A stretch of DNA of 64,000 nt from positions 145,388-209,387 of the forward strand of contig CBESWG010000001.1 in assembly GCA_965533275.1 (NCBI GenBank). Reading direction: 5' to 3'. The position numbers and the translations under genes are program-made. Under the pieces are notes generated by a model. The model did no database searches. It was not told the DNA's origin and saw only the letters and a list, made by a program, of their open reading frames with translations. How positions within the stretch are numbered: position 1 is the stretch's first letter; the number at the start of each line of letters is the position of its first letter. The DNA comes from an uncultured bacterium (lineage in GTDB: Bacteria > Acidobacteriota > Aminicenantia > Aminicenantales > Aminicenantaceae). This document shows, piece after piece, positions 19,819-28,145 of the stretch.

Positions 19819-20562
19819 TCAGTTTCCTTGCGTGAGTCTGTGGAATATGGCCTCGAAGGTTTGTTCCTTGAATTCCTTGCGCAGATTCTCCAGCGTATCG
19901 TCGGCTACCTTCTGGCCCTGGTTCACGATGACGATCCGGTCGCAAGTCGCCTCTGCCTCGCTGAGGATATGGGTGGAGAAAATGATGGTCTTTTCCTTGC
20001 CGATGCGCCGTATGATATCCCGCGTTTCCACGATCTGATTGGGATCGAGACCTGAAGTCGGCTCGTCCAGCACCAGGATCTCCGGATCTCCCATGAGCGC
20101 ATGGGCGATCCCCACCCTCTGGCGATATCCCTTTGACAGCTCATTGATCGCCATGTGCATGACCTGATTGAGGCTGCACAGGTCTGCCAGGTCTCGGATG
20201 TGAGCGACCTTCCTGTCGGATGCGACTCCGCGCACGTCGGCCACAAAGTCGAGGTAGTCATATACCAGCATCTCCTGGTAGAGGGGGGCGGCCTCGGGCA
20301 GGTAGCCGATAAGCCTCTTTATCTCTGTCATATCCTCGGAGATATGAAAGTCCTTGACGCGGATATCTCCCGAACTTGGTTTCAGGTATCCGGTGAGTAT
20401 GCGGTAAATGGTCGTTTTCCCAGCGCCATTGGGTCCCAACAGACCCAGGATTTCTCCCTTGTGGATGTCGAAGCTCACATGATCCACTGCGCAGAGATCT
20501 CCATAGTATTTCGTCAGATCTTGGATCGCGATCATCATCCTCTCCTTTTCAGTCCTGATCAC
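19819..20562 (-). CDS. ABC transporter ATP-binding protein (GldA-like)
   Basis: Walker A 'GLLGPNGAGKTT', ABC signature 'LSKGYRQRVGIA', and Walker B 'ILVLDEPTSGLD'. Confidence 0.85.
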   Translation of the reverse strand: MIRTEKERMMIAIQDLTKYYGDLCAVDHVSFDIHKGEILGLLGPNGAGKTTIYRILTGYLKPSSGDIRVKDFHISEDMTEIKRLIGYLPEAAPLYQEMLVYDYLDFVADVRGVASDRKVAHIRDLADLCSLNQVMHMAINELSKGYRQRVGIAHALMGDPEILVLDEPTSGLDPNQIVETRDIIRRIGKEKTIIFSTHILSEAEATCDRIVIVNQGQKVADDTLENLRKEFKEQTFEAIFHRLTQGN

Positions 20563-20725
20563 TTAACAAGCAATCAAAAAACATCACTTTCCTAGTTATT
20601 TTTGTCAAAACGAGGTATCCCGGATTGACCGGGCCCTCACTAAGCGGTATCGGTCTGGATAATAGTGTATACACCAAGATGCGTTTGAAGTCAACATCCT
20701 GAAAAGAAACGTGTTAGATACGGCT

Positions 20726-21214
20726 TCAGTATTCGTCCAGGTGGCTGAACTCCGCGTCTTCCAGCCACTGCTCGGGTCTCTCCACCATTTGGATGATGTT
20801 ATCCAGAACTTGCGCCTGTTTCCCTTCCTCTTTGATCAAGGCTTCCAGTCGATTCCGCCCGGGCAGATCAGGGAGCGTGCTTTGGATCTTCTTGTATAGC
20901 TCCTGTTTTTCCAGGACCAGGTCCCGGGCTTCGCGGTAGAGATGGAGCTGATTCATACTGCAGCTAAAGGTGTCTTTCTGTGCTCTCATTTTCTCGAGAA
21001 GCTGCTTTATTTCGGAGAATGTTTCTGGCTCTCCCCGGCTCGCTCCCTTCTCGTCCTGCATGGTCCTGAGGCTTGCCAGATGCTCCTCATGGTCAGCTAT
21101 CAACATGTGGAGGATACGGCGCACTCCTTCATGAGCGGAACACTGTTCCGCCAGGTCTCGGTACTTTTTAATGGCCTCGATCTCGAGCTCCATCGCAGTT
21201 TTCATGAATTCCAT
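20726..21214 (-). CDS. Ferritin-like / rubrerythrin-type four-helix-bundle protein
   Basis: 162 aa, predicted helical. 'EIEAIKKYRDLAEQ...LHMLIADHEEHLASL' gives an E...EEH pattern like a rubrerythrin/ferritin di-iron half-site. The second half-site lacks His. Confidence 0.35.
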   Translation of the reverse strand: MEFMKTAMELEIEAIKKYRDLAEQCSAHEGVRRILHMLIADHEEHLASLRTMQDEKGASRGEPETFSEIKQLLEKMRAQKDTFSCSMNQLHLYREARDLVLEKQELYKKIQSTLPDLPGRNRLEALIKEEGKQAQVLDNIIQMVERPEQWLEDAEFSHLDEY

Positions 21215-21285
21215 ATTTTCTCCTTTCAGAGGGTAACGTTATTATCGTTCCTATTGCTCCGGATATCAATTAAAATAGCGAAGCC

Positions 21286-22029
21286 ATGTCCACTCCGAGA
21301 ACGATAATGTTCTGCATTCGCAGCCTCTGGTACGAGTATGGGATTTCGTTCCTGCGGCGTGTTGTTTTGAGGCACCCGCTTCCCACTCTGCGCGGCATCC
21401 GGCATTATCTGCGAAACAGAGACACACAAGATGAGGCCTGTGCAGGCTCATCAAATGCACCACTCTCACGATCGCCTCATGGGATCCCTCACCGGACGGT
21501 CGTCGGGCTCGGATTCTGTTTGAAGCCCTTGGACCCGGAGTGCCCTTCAGGTCGAGCCAATCACCTCTGTGAGTACCTGGAGCGGCTTGGGGCCTCCGAG
21601 AAGCATGATGGATCCCCAACAGCCTGCGGCGCCTGTCAGATCCGGGAATTGGGGCAGACGGCCCTGGACAAGGGCTGTGCTGTCTACGTCATGACCTCGG
21701 CCCGGGATATCCTTTTCGACGTTCTGCTGCCTGCTCTGGAGGAGCGGCGCTTCGAGAATGCCATGCTAGCGCTCTGTCAATATTCGTTCGAGCCCTTCCG
21801 GATTGCCCTGGCCGTAGTAGGGCTCAAGGCTAGATTGTTCTCCTTCCAGAGTGGAGACTGCAAGGACTACCAGACATGGCTACTGGCGGACAGGGGGATC
21901 AAACACGAACAGACCTGCTTCACCTCGAGCCACCTTGTTGAGCTCAATGAGTTTCTGGCGTCCGGTAGTGAAAGCGGGCCCGCACGGTTCGGGAAAGTCG
22001 GGAATGTTTTTTTCCCCGAAGGCTGGTAG
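21286..22029 (+). CDS. Cysteine-rich hypothetical protein (possibly DUF116-like)
   Basis: 247 aa with clustered Cys: 'CLKPLDPECPSGRANHLCEY' and 'CGACQIRELG...GCAVYV'. It is divergent from the ferritin-like gene and convergent with the PLP enzyme. Confidence 0.3.
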   Translation: MSTPRTIMFCIRSLWYEYGISFLRRVVLRHPLPTLRGIRHYLRNRDTQDEACAGSSNAPLSRSPHGIPHRTVVGLGFCLKPLDPECPSGRANHLCEYLERLGASEKHDGSPTACGACQIRELGQTALDKGCAVYVMTSARDILFDVLLPALEERRFENAMLALCQYSFEPFRIALAVVGLKARLFSFQSGDCKDYQTWLLADRGIKHEQTCFTSSHLVELNEFLASGSESGPARFGKVGNVFFPEGW

Positions 22030-22032
22030 AAT

Positions 22033-23712
22033 TCAGTCCAGGTAATAAAAGTATTTGAGCGCCTCGATATCGGCTCTGTCTTCCTTGAAGGGAAATACGT
22101 TCCGGGAACTCAGATCTTTTGCCAGATGCTCAGCCTGTTCCAGGTAGGATTTGCGGAGATCCGGAACCCTCACGGGTTCAACAGATCGTCCGGAATAATC
22201 CTGTTCGAGGTCCAACACCTGTACCAAAGTCGGCGATTCCCGGTGCGACCACTCGGAGGTCTCCAGGTCGAAGGAATAGAGGGACAGGAAAAGGTGGCCG
22301 CTACGAGCCACAAAGGCGATGGCGTCGAGGAGAAAGTCGATGTCGTCCCGTGTGAGTGTGTAGTGCAGGTTCACGCGAACCCAACCGGGCTTGATGCCTC
22401 CGTATCCGCTGCGAACATTGTCACGGATCTTCTGGGAGAACTGTGTGTCGATGCCCAACAGGACATGCCCGTAAGGCCCGGCACAGCTGCATCCAGCACG
22501 GGACTGGATCCCGAAAAGGTCATTGATCAGCTTGGTGACGTATTTCGGGTGCAGGATGCGGTCCCGGTGCTTGATATTGAAGGAGACGATCGAAAGACAG
22601 TCTCTGGGATCGGCATTGCCGATGGGTTCGATATTGTCGATCGCGAGCAGCCTCTCGTGGAAATAAGCCGTATAGTCGGCTTCGATCTCTTCGATCTTCT
22701 CCACGCCGACCCGGTCCTTGACTTCCATGGCCAATGCAGCCTTTATGGTCTGTAAGATGGGGGGGGTGCCCGCCTTTTCCCTGGCCTCGATGTCTTCAGA
22801 GAAATCATGCTGCTCGAAACCAACAAATACGACGGTTCCACCACCTGCAGTGGTGGGGGGCAGGTCCTTCCGGTAGATCCTCTGGTTAAATACGAGGATG
22901 CCGCTGGATCCCGGGCCCCCCAGGAACTTGTGCGGGGAGAAAAATATGGCATCGAAATAGGATTGCGGGTTCCTGTTCATGTCGATCTCGATGTAGGGCG
23001 CCACAGCGGCGAAATCGAAAAAGACCAGCGCATCGTGGGCGTGGCCGATCCGGGCCACATCATAGACCGGTGTCCTGATGCCTGTGATATTGGAGCCCGC
23101 GGACATGGACACGATCTTGGCCCTCTCCTTGAGGCCGGGCGCCGCTAGTTTTTCCTCCAGGTCCTCCAAGTCCAGGAGGCCCTTCGTATCGAATCCCACC
23201 ACAACCACTTCGGCGAACGCCTCCCTCCACATCAACTCGTTCGTGTGGTGTTCGTAAGGGCCGATAAAAACCACAGGCTTCCGGCTCTCGAGCTCAGCGA
23301 ACACCTCCTCGGGATTGTGGGACACCTCTCTGATGGATTTTTCATAGTGCTCGCGTGTGACGGGAGGCATGGATACCCCGATGATCTCATGGAGTTTTTT
23401 AAGCGCTCCCGTGGTTCCGGATCCGATGGGGATGATCTTCCCCTCAGGGCCAGCATTGACCATCTGCTTTATGTTTTCCTCTGCGGCGTGCAGGAGTCGT
23501 GTCGTGAATTTTCCTGTATAGTCATCCTCGGTGTGCGTGTTCGCATAGGACTTCTGCAGTTCGAGCATGATCTCTTCAATGAAACGCAAACCCCGTCCCG
23601 ATGCGGTGAAGTCCGCATAGAGAAGGTGCCGATCGCCGAAGGGGGTGGGTATCAGCAGATCTCGGCCCAGGATCTGTCCCCGGATGGACTCAAGATCGAA
23701 TCTCATGGCCAC
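22033..23712 (-). CDS. Class V aminotransferase-fold PLP enzyme, cysteine desulfurase (SufS/CsdA)-like with a C-terminal extension
   Basis: 559 aa. 'LYADFTASGRG', the PLP-lysine region 'FFSPHKFLGGPGSSGILVF' and the 'SRAGCSCAGPYGH' motif resemble SufS 'RTGHHCA'. About 100 extra C-terminal residues. Confidence 0.6.
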   Translation of the reverse strand: MAMRFDLESIRGQILGRDLLIPTPFGDRHLLYADFTASGRGLRFIEEIMLELQKSYANTHTEDDYTGKFTTRLLHAAEENIKQMVNAGPEGKIIPIGSGTTGALKKLHEIIGVSMPPVTREHYEKSIREVSHNPEEVFAELESRKPVVFIGPYEHHTNELMWREAFAEVVVVGFDTKGLLDLEDLEEKLAAPGLKERAKIVSMSAGSNITGIRTPVYDVARIGHAHDALVFFDFAAVAPYIEIDMNRNPQSYFDAIFFSPHKFLGGPGSSGILVFNQRIYRKDLPPTTAGGGTVVFVGFEQHDFSEDIEAREKAGTPPILQTIKAALAMEVKDRVGVEKIEEIEADYTAYFHERLLAIDNIEPIGNADPRDCLSIVSFNIKHRDRILHPKYVTKLINDLFGIQSRAGCSCAGPYGHVLLGIDTQFSQKIRDNVRSGYGGIKPGWVRVNLHYTLTRDDIDFLLDAIAFVARSGHLFLSLYSFDLETSEWSHRESPTLVQVLDLEQDYSGRSVEPVRVPDLRKSYLEQAEHLAKDLSSRNVFPFKEDRADIEALKYFYYLD

Positions 23713-23778
23713 TGACTCCTTGTTTCGATTCAGGTCAGAAAATCATTATAGAGCAAAGAGAACTCCCAAACCAGCCAT

Positions 23779-24288
23779 ATGCCTGATCCTGGTGCGATTG
23801 CTGGTCTGGCCCGCTCATTTAACATAGAGATGAATAACGGCTATGTTCTGAATGGCATGCTGACCGGGCGTGAGCGCCCCATCATTTTTTCTCACTCCAC
23901 TGGAGATCTCTTGGGCGATCATGCCATTCTGCTGGGGCGGAGCCCGGGAGAGAGGGTTGAGCAGGTCGCCACTTTTGCCGGATCCGCGTTCACGGCGGGC
24001 GAGGATTTCGAGCCTCTGTTGATCCTTGGACCCGGACGGCGCTCCTGGATGCCTGAGAAGTACTGGGAATTTCCCGCCGGGACACCCAATATCAGTGTCG
24101 CGGGGTGGTATCAGGGAGGAGTCAAGGAGTTCGGAAAGGGGAAACTGGCATGTTTTGCTGAGGCCGCGATGTTTACTGCCCAGGTTTTTGACAGCGGGAA
24201 CATCAAGGCCGGCATGAATCATCCAGATGCGCAGGGGAATGCCCGCCTTCTCCTCAATGTCATGCACTGGCTCACTGAAATGCAGTGA
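23779..24288 (+). CDS. Small hypothetical protein resembling the C-terminal (GATase1-like) part of DUF4350/GldG-like proteins; possibly a gene remnant
   Basis: 169 aa, ATG start, no signal peptide. Fragment-like composition. Low confidence. Confidence 0.25.
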   Translation: MPDPGAIAGLARSFNIEMNNGYVLNGMLTGRERPIIFSHSTGDLLGDHAILLGRSPGERVEQVATFAGSAFTAGEDFEPLLILGPGRRSWMPEKYWEFPAGTPNISVAGWYQGGVKEFGKGKLACFAEAAMFTAQVFDSGNIKAGMNHPDAQGNARLLLNVMHWLTEMQ

Positions 24289-24396
24289 TGGAAAGCCCGG
24301 AAATCCATTTGTAATTCTATCGGGTCTGTGTTTAACTTACAGGTCATTTTATTAAACACAGACCATCCGGAATCTCACGATGGTCGAGGAGTATGG

Positions 24397-25416
24397 ATGG
24401 GAAAGAACATCTTGACATTGATTCTGGTGTTGACGCTGATGGCCGTCGGCTGTTCGAAGCAGGGCAAGGTCTTCAAGCTTGCCAAGGATACGCCGGCCTA
24501 TCAGCTTGCACAGGACCTCTCAGCTACACTCCCTTCGCTTGACCCCGAAGCTGATTTTGTCATCGTCTCCACACAGGATTTCAGCATCACGGCCGCCCAG
24601 GTCATGCAGGCGATCCAAGACAACATGGGGAGTCAGGCCGCACAGCTGAAAGGCATGGATCAAGATCAATTAAGGGATATTATCATACAGAATGCAGAAC
24701 GCATGGCGGAACGGGAACTCCTCCTGAACGCGGCGGAGGATGCAGGAACCAAGTTAGAAGCCGGAGACGTGGAAAACGCCCTCGCGGACCAGTATACCCG
24801 TGTGGGAGGGGAGGAACAGTTCCTTCAGATGCTTTCTCAGGCGGGGGTGTCCATGGACCACGTCAAAGAGAACATCGAAACCGACCTCCTCATACAGGCC
24901 TATCTGGATTCCCAGTTGGAGAAGCTGACGAATGTGACGGAAGCCGAGATCCGGCAGGCCTACGAAACAGACAAAACGGCCTCGGTGAGGCATATACTCC
25001 TCCTGACACAGGGAAAAACGGATGAAGAGAAGACTGAGATCCGCAAGGCCATGGAAGATATCCTCGCACGAGCCAGGGCTGGAGAGGATTTCGCAGAGCT
25101 GGCGCAGCAGTACACGGAGGATCCTGGCTCCAAGGAAAGCGGTGGGCTCTATGAAGATTTCGGCAGGGGGCGCATGGTCAAGCCCTTCGAGGATGCGGCC
25201 TTCTCTGTTCCCGTGGGAGAGATCAGCGACCTCGTTGAGACACAATACGGATATCACATCCTGAAGATCGTCGAACGGAAGAGGGAGACACGCCCCTTCG
25301 AGGAAGCGCGCAGCGAGATCGAGACGCAGCTGCGCCAGGGCAAACAGGGGACTGCAGTACAGGAATATATCGTTCGATTGAAAGAAGACGTGGGTTTTGA
25401 GGTCCACGATCTCTAA
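24397..25416 (+). CDS. Parvulin-type peptidyl-prolyl cis-trans isomerase lipoprotein (SurA/PrsA-like)
   Basis: Lipoprotein signal 'MGKNILTLILVLTLMAVGCSKQG' at ATG 24397 with an aggag RBS. Parvulin domain 'ASVRHILL...FAELAQQYTEDPGSKESGGLYEDFGRGRMVKPFEDAAF...GYHILKIVER'. Confidence 0.7.
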   Translation: MGKNILTLILVLTLMAVGCSKQGKVFKLAKDTPAYQLAQDLSATLPSLDPEADFVIVSTQDFSITAAQVMQAIQDNMGSQAAQLKGMDQDQLRDIIIQNAERMAERELLLNAAEDAGTKLEAGDVENALADQYTRVGGEEQFLQMLSQAGVSMDHVKENIETDLLIQAYLDSQLEKLTNVTEAEIRQAYETDKTASVRHILLLTQGKTDEEKTEIRKAMEDILARARAGEDFAELAQQYTEDPGSKESGGLYEDFGRGRMVKPFEDAAFSVPVGEISDLVETQYGYHILKIVERKRETRPFEEARSEIETQLRQGKQGTAVQEYIVRLKEDVGFEVHDL

Positions 25417-26197
25417 CGTTCCAAAGGTCGAAACCTGGTACCCGGCCGTATTTGCCCGGCGTTCGCGCCGCAGTTACAAAACCAAGAGCCCTTCTGCGGA
25501 ATCCCTGAAACGTCTGGATTCCACCTGCAGAGCATTCGTGCCTTTTCCGGAGGCCCGGGCTGTCCTCATCCAGGAAGGAAGTGACGCTGTTTTTAGGGGA
25601 ATCGTGGGACGCTACGGGAAGATCGACAACGCTCCCAGCTACGTCGCATTCATCGGAGACCTGGCCTCACCCCGTGTTCAGGAAGCGGTGGGCTATACGG
25701 GCGAGGGTATCGTCCTCGAAGCAACCGCACTGGAACTGGGGACGTGCTGGGTGGGAGGTTATTTTGATCCAGAGGCCGTCGCGCAGCAAATCACTCTTGA
25801 TGGCCGCGAGAGAGTCCTGGCCGTCACTCCGGTAGGACTCGTCCCCGAAACCTTCACATTTCAGGAGCGGATCATGTCCGGCTTCGGGGGCATGCACCGG
25901 AGAAAACCACTCAAGCAGCTCTTGACCGGAATGCCGACAGAGGATTGGATGAGCACCGCACTCGAGGCCGCCCGTGCCGCGCCTTCCGCTGTAAACCGCC
26001 AGCCATGGCGCTTCGACGTTTCCGAGAAGGCCGTATCGATCGGGCTGGCTGCTAGCCGGGATACCTACCGCATCTCACGGCGTCTGGACTGCGGGATCGC
26101 AATGCTGCATCTGGAGCTGGGGGCCAGGCATGAGGGCGCCTCTGTGGATTGGTCCTATCCCCCGGGATTCGTGGCCCGGCTCTCCCCCTCACGCTAG
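25397..26197 (+). CDS. Nitroreductase family protein
   Basis: 'AVFARRSRRSY' N-terminal motif and 'ALELGTCWVGG'. Only a TTG start (25397) lies upstream of the conserved N-terminus, overlapping the preceding gene by 20 nt. Confidence 0.6.
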   Translation: MRSTISNVPKVETWYPAVFARRSRRSYKTKSPSAESLKRLDSTCRAFVPFPEARAVLIQEGSDAVFRGIVGRYGKIDNAPSYVAFIGDLASPRVQEAVGYTGEGIVLEATALELGTCWVGGYFDPEAVAQQITLDGRERVLAVTPVGLVPETFTFQERIMSGFGGMHRRKPLKQLLTGMPTEDWMSTALEAARAAPSAVNRQPWRFDVSEKAVSIGLAASRDTYRISRRLDCGIAMLHLELGARHEGASVDWSYPPGFVARLSPSR

Positions 26198-26204
26198 TCG
26201 GGGA

Positions 26205-27992
26205 TCAATCGATCTCAAGCCAGGTAAACCAGATCGGATGGTGTTTCTTATACCACTGCAGGATATCGCGCAGGATCTCCTGTTCAGATTCGGAGATGAC
26301 TTCGGGGGGGATGCGGTCGAATCTGACCTGCATGCGTCCGTCTTTTTTGTGTTCGAGCGCCTCTGAGCAAAGGGTCTGAAGCTCGTTGCGGATGCGTCCC
26401 GAATCGGATATTTTGACCGGTCGGTTGCGGTAGTCTTCTCCATAGAAAAAACGGCTGAGAAGGGGATTGAATACCAGCTTCTGTTCCACAGGCTTTTCCA
26501 TCAGGCGCAGCGTGAAGGTAATCCTTTTGTCTCCCTTGGGCGTGGCGATCCGAGCGGTCGCCCTGTAGAGGTCGTCCTCGACCTGCACTACGCCCTCAGC
26601 CCCAGAATATGGATCATCACACATGTATCCGGAGAGGGCGATCAGGTCCCAGCTCTTTTCAGGGAAGAAATCATCCACCCGGATGACCCGGTCCGAGACC
26701 GGCATCCCTGCATCACGTGCTTCCAGGATCATATTTTTGTAGTCTTCGACCTGCTCGTCATCGGGCGGCGTTTCGAAATGCGCTCCCAGCTGTTCCGGGA
26801 AGTCCGGGTCCGTGGGATTCAGGCCCATTATGTGCCGTTCTTCCTCGATGGAGAGCTTGAACTTGGAGGTGAATGTGACCAGGGTCCCGTCCAGCCCCAG
26901 CATGGGAGCCAGGCTGACGGCCTGCATGGCCTCTGCCGAGGCCGCATATCCATCCACCAGGAAGAGGTGGGTCTGTCCTTCGTCGTCGTTCCATCTGCCC
27001 ACCAGATAGGTCGGCGCATAGGTCCCGGAGTCGACGAAGGCCTTCAATCCCGTGGGCAGTGTCCACCCGGCCTCAACCAGGTGAACTCCCAGGGCCTGCC
27101 ACTGCTTCCAGAGCCAACCGAGCCGTTTGATGCGGCTCTCGCCACCCAGGGTCCAGACGTGGATGTTCGGGCGTTGGATCCCGGGATAGGCAGCTTCTAT
27201 CGCCTGAACGACCTTTTCGCGGGGAGTCATGAAGTCCAGGAGAACGGAATCTTCCTGGGCCTTTTGGACGACTTCGATGGGAAGAAAGAGATGCCCCATG
27301 TAGCCCTCATAGGGCTTCGTGATGCGCAGCGGCTGGTTAAAGAGGTGAATGACAGTCAGGGGACCGGTTTCCTTTCCCTTGGCGAAGCGTGAGGTGTTTT
27401 CCAGCGTATCAATGGCCGCGCCCCAGACCGTTATGCCGGACTCCTTGATCTCTTTCCAGAATTCATTCCAGCCGTAATCCTGATCGTTCAATAGTCGGGT
27501 TACGTGCGCATCGAGCCACTTGGCGACCTGGGGCCGCGCATAGACACGCCCGAAACCGAGCTGCGGATTGGATCCCATCTCCCTGGTTTCGCCAACCTTG
27601 GGCATTAGCCCTTCACCCATGCACACGAGGATGGCGTGATTCTCAGGGAGCTGTCTGGAGGCATACCAGAGGCTCTCGCTCATGGCATAGGCGGAGATGG
27701 CATCCGCATCCTTTTTTACGCGGTTGAGTTCAGCCTTCTCTTGCCCCTCTCCTTCACCGAAGCGTCCGAAAAGGCGTGTGCCCAGTGCCGTCACAGCGAC
27801 GGTCATGGCCATAAGCCGTTCCATTCGGCCGTCCATGAAGGATATGTTCTGTGTGAACTCCGGGGCCGTCTTCCCTCTGAGCCACTCCACCTCAACATCT
27901 TCGAGCCAGAGGTGCATCCGGCCCAGGATGGGGCGCGTGTCAAAGGCCCATTGAGCGACCAGGTCTCGTTTTTCTCGTTCGGATAAATTCAT
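26205..27992 (-). CDS. Divergent GlpX-like (FBPase class II superfamily) protein of unusual length
   Basis: 595 aa. By eye, 'FGRFGEG...KKDADAISAYAM' and 'ILVCMGEGLM' parallel GlpX 'LGRGDKNTADGAAVNAM' and 'IVIGEGE'; 'DGYAASAEAMQAV' parallels 'GGAPEGVVSAA'. I could not find the DPIDGT metal motif. Confidence 0.3.
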   Translation of the reverse strand: MNLSEREKRDLVAQWAFDTRPILGRMHLWLEDVEVEWLRGKTAPEFTQNISFMDGRMERLMAMTVAVTALGTRLFGRFGEGEGQEKAELNRVKKDADAISAYAMSESLWYASRQLPENHAILVCMGEGLMPKVGETREMGSNPQLGFGRVYARPQVAKWLDAHVTRLLNDQDYGWNEFWKEIKESGITVWGAAIDTLENTSRFAKGKETGPLTVIHLFNQPLRITKPYEGYMGHLFLPIEVVQKAQEDSVLLDFMTPREKVVQAIEAAYPGIQRPNIHVWTLGGESRIKRLGWLWKQWQALGVHLVEAGWTLPTGLKAFVDSGTYAPTYLVGRWNDDEGQTHLFLVDGYAASAEAMQAVSLAPMLGLDGTLVTFTSKFKLSIEEERHIMGLNPTDPDFPEQLGAHFETPPDDEQVEDYKNMILEARDAGMPVSDRVIRVDDFFPEKSWDLIALSGYMCDDPYSGAEGVVQVEDDLYRATARIATPKGDKRITFTLRLMEKPVEQKLVFNPLLSRFFYGEDYRNRPVKISDSGRIRNELQTLCSEALEHKKDGRMQVRFDRIPPEVISESEQEILRDILQWYKKHHPIWFTWLEID

Positions 27993-28145
27993 GGCATTAA
28001 CCCTTTTATCTTCTGTATCTGATTATTCTGCCATGCCGGGGTTCGAGATTCAACCTATTATGCCTCGATTATCTCTTGAATCGTGCCGGGAACATCGGAT
28101 ACAGTAAGGCAAATGTGTCCAATCCGGGCTTGTCGGAGGTACTTC

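Noticed and set aside
16850-20562. GldA/GldF/GldG-like ABC system plus DUF4340 as a candidate novel system
   Set aside because: This four-gene arrangement is a widespread, already catalogued ABC-type uncharacterised transport system. It is function-unknown but not new.
21215-21285. Imperfect palindrome AACGTTATTATCGTT in the 71-bp divergent region between the ferritin-like and Cys-rich genes, as a PerR/Fur-like box
   Set aside because: Only the 4-bp arms are truly complementary. That is too weak to assert a binding site without comparative data.
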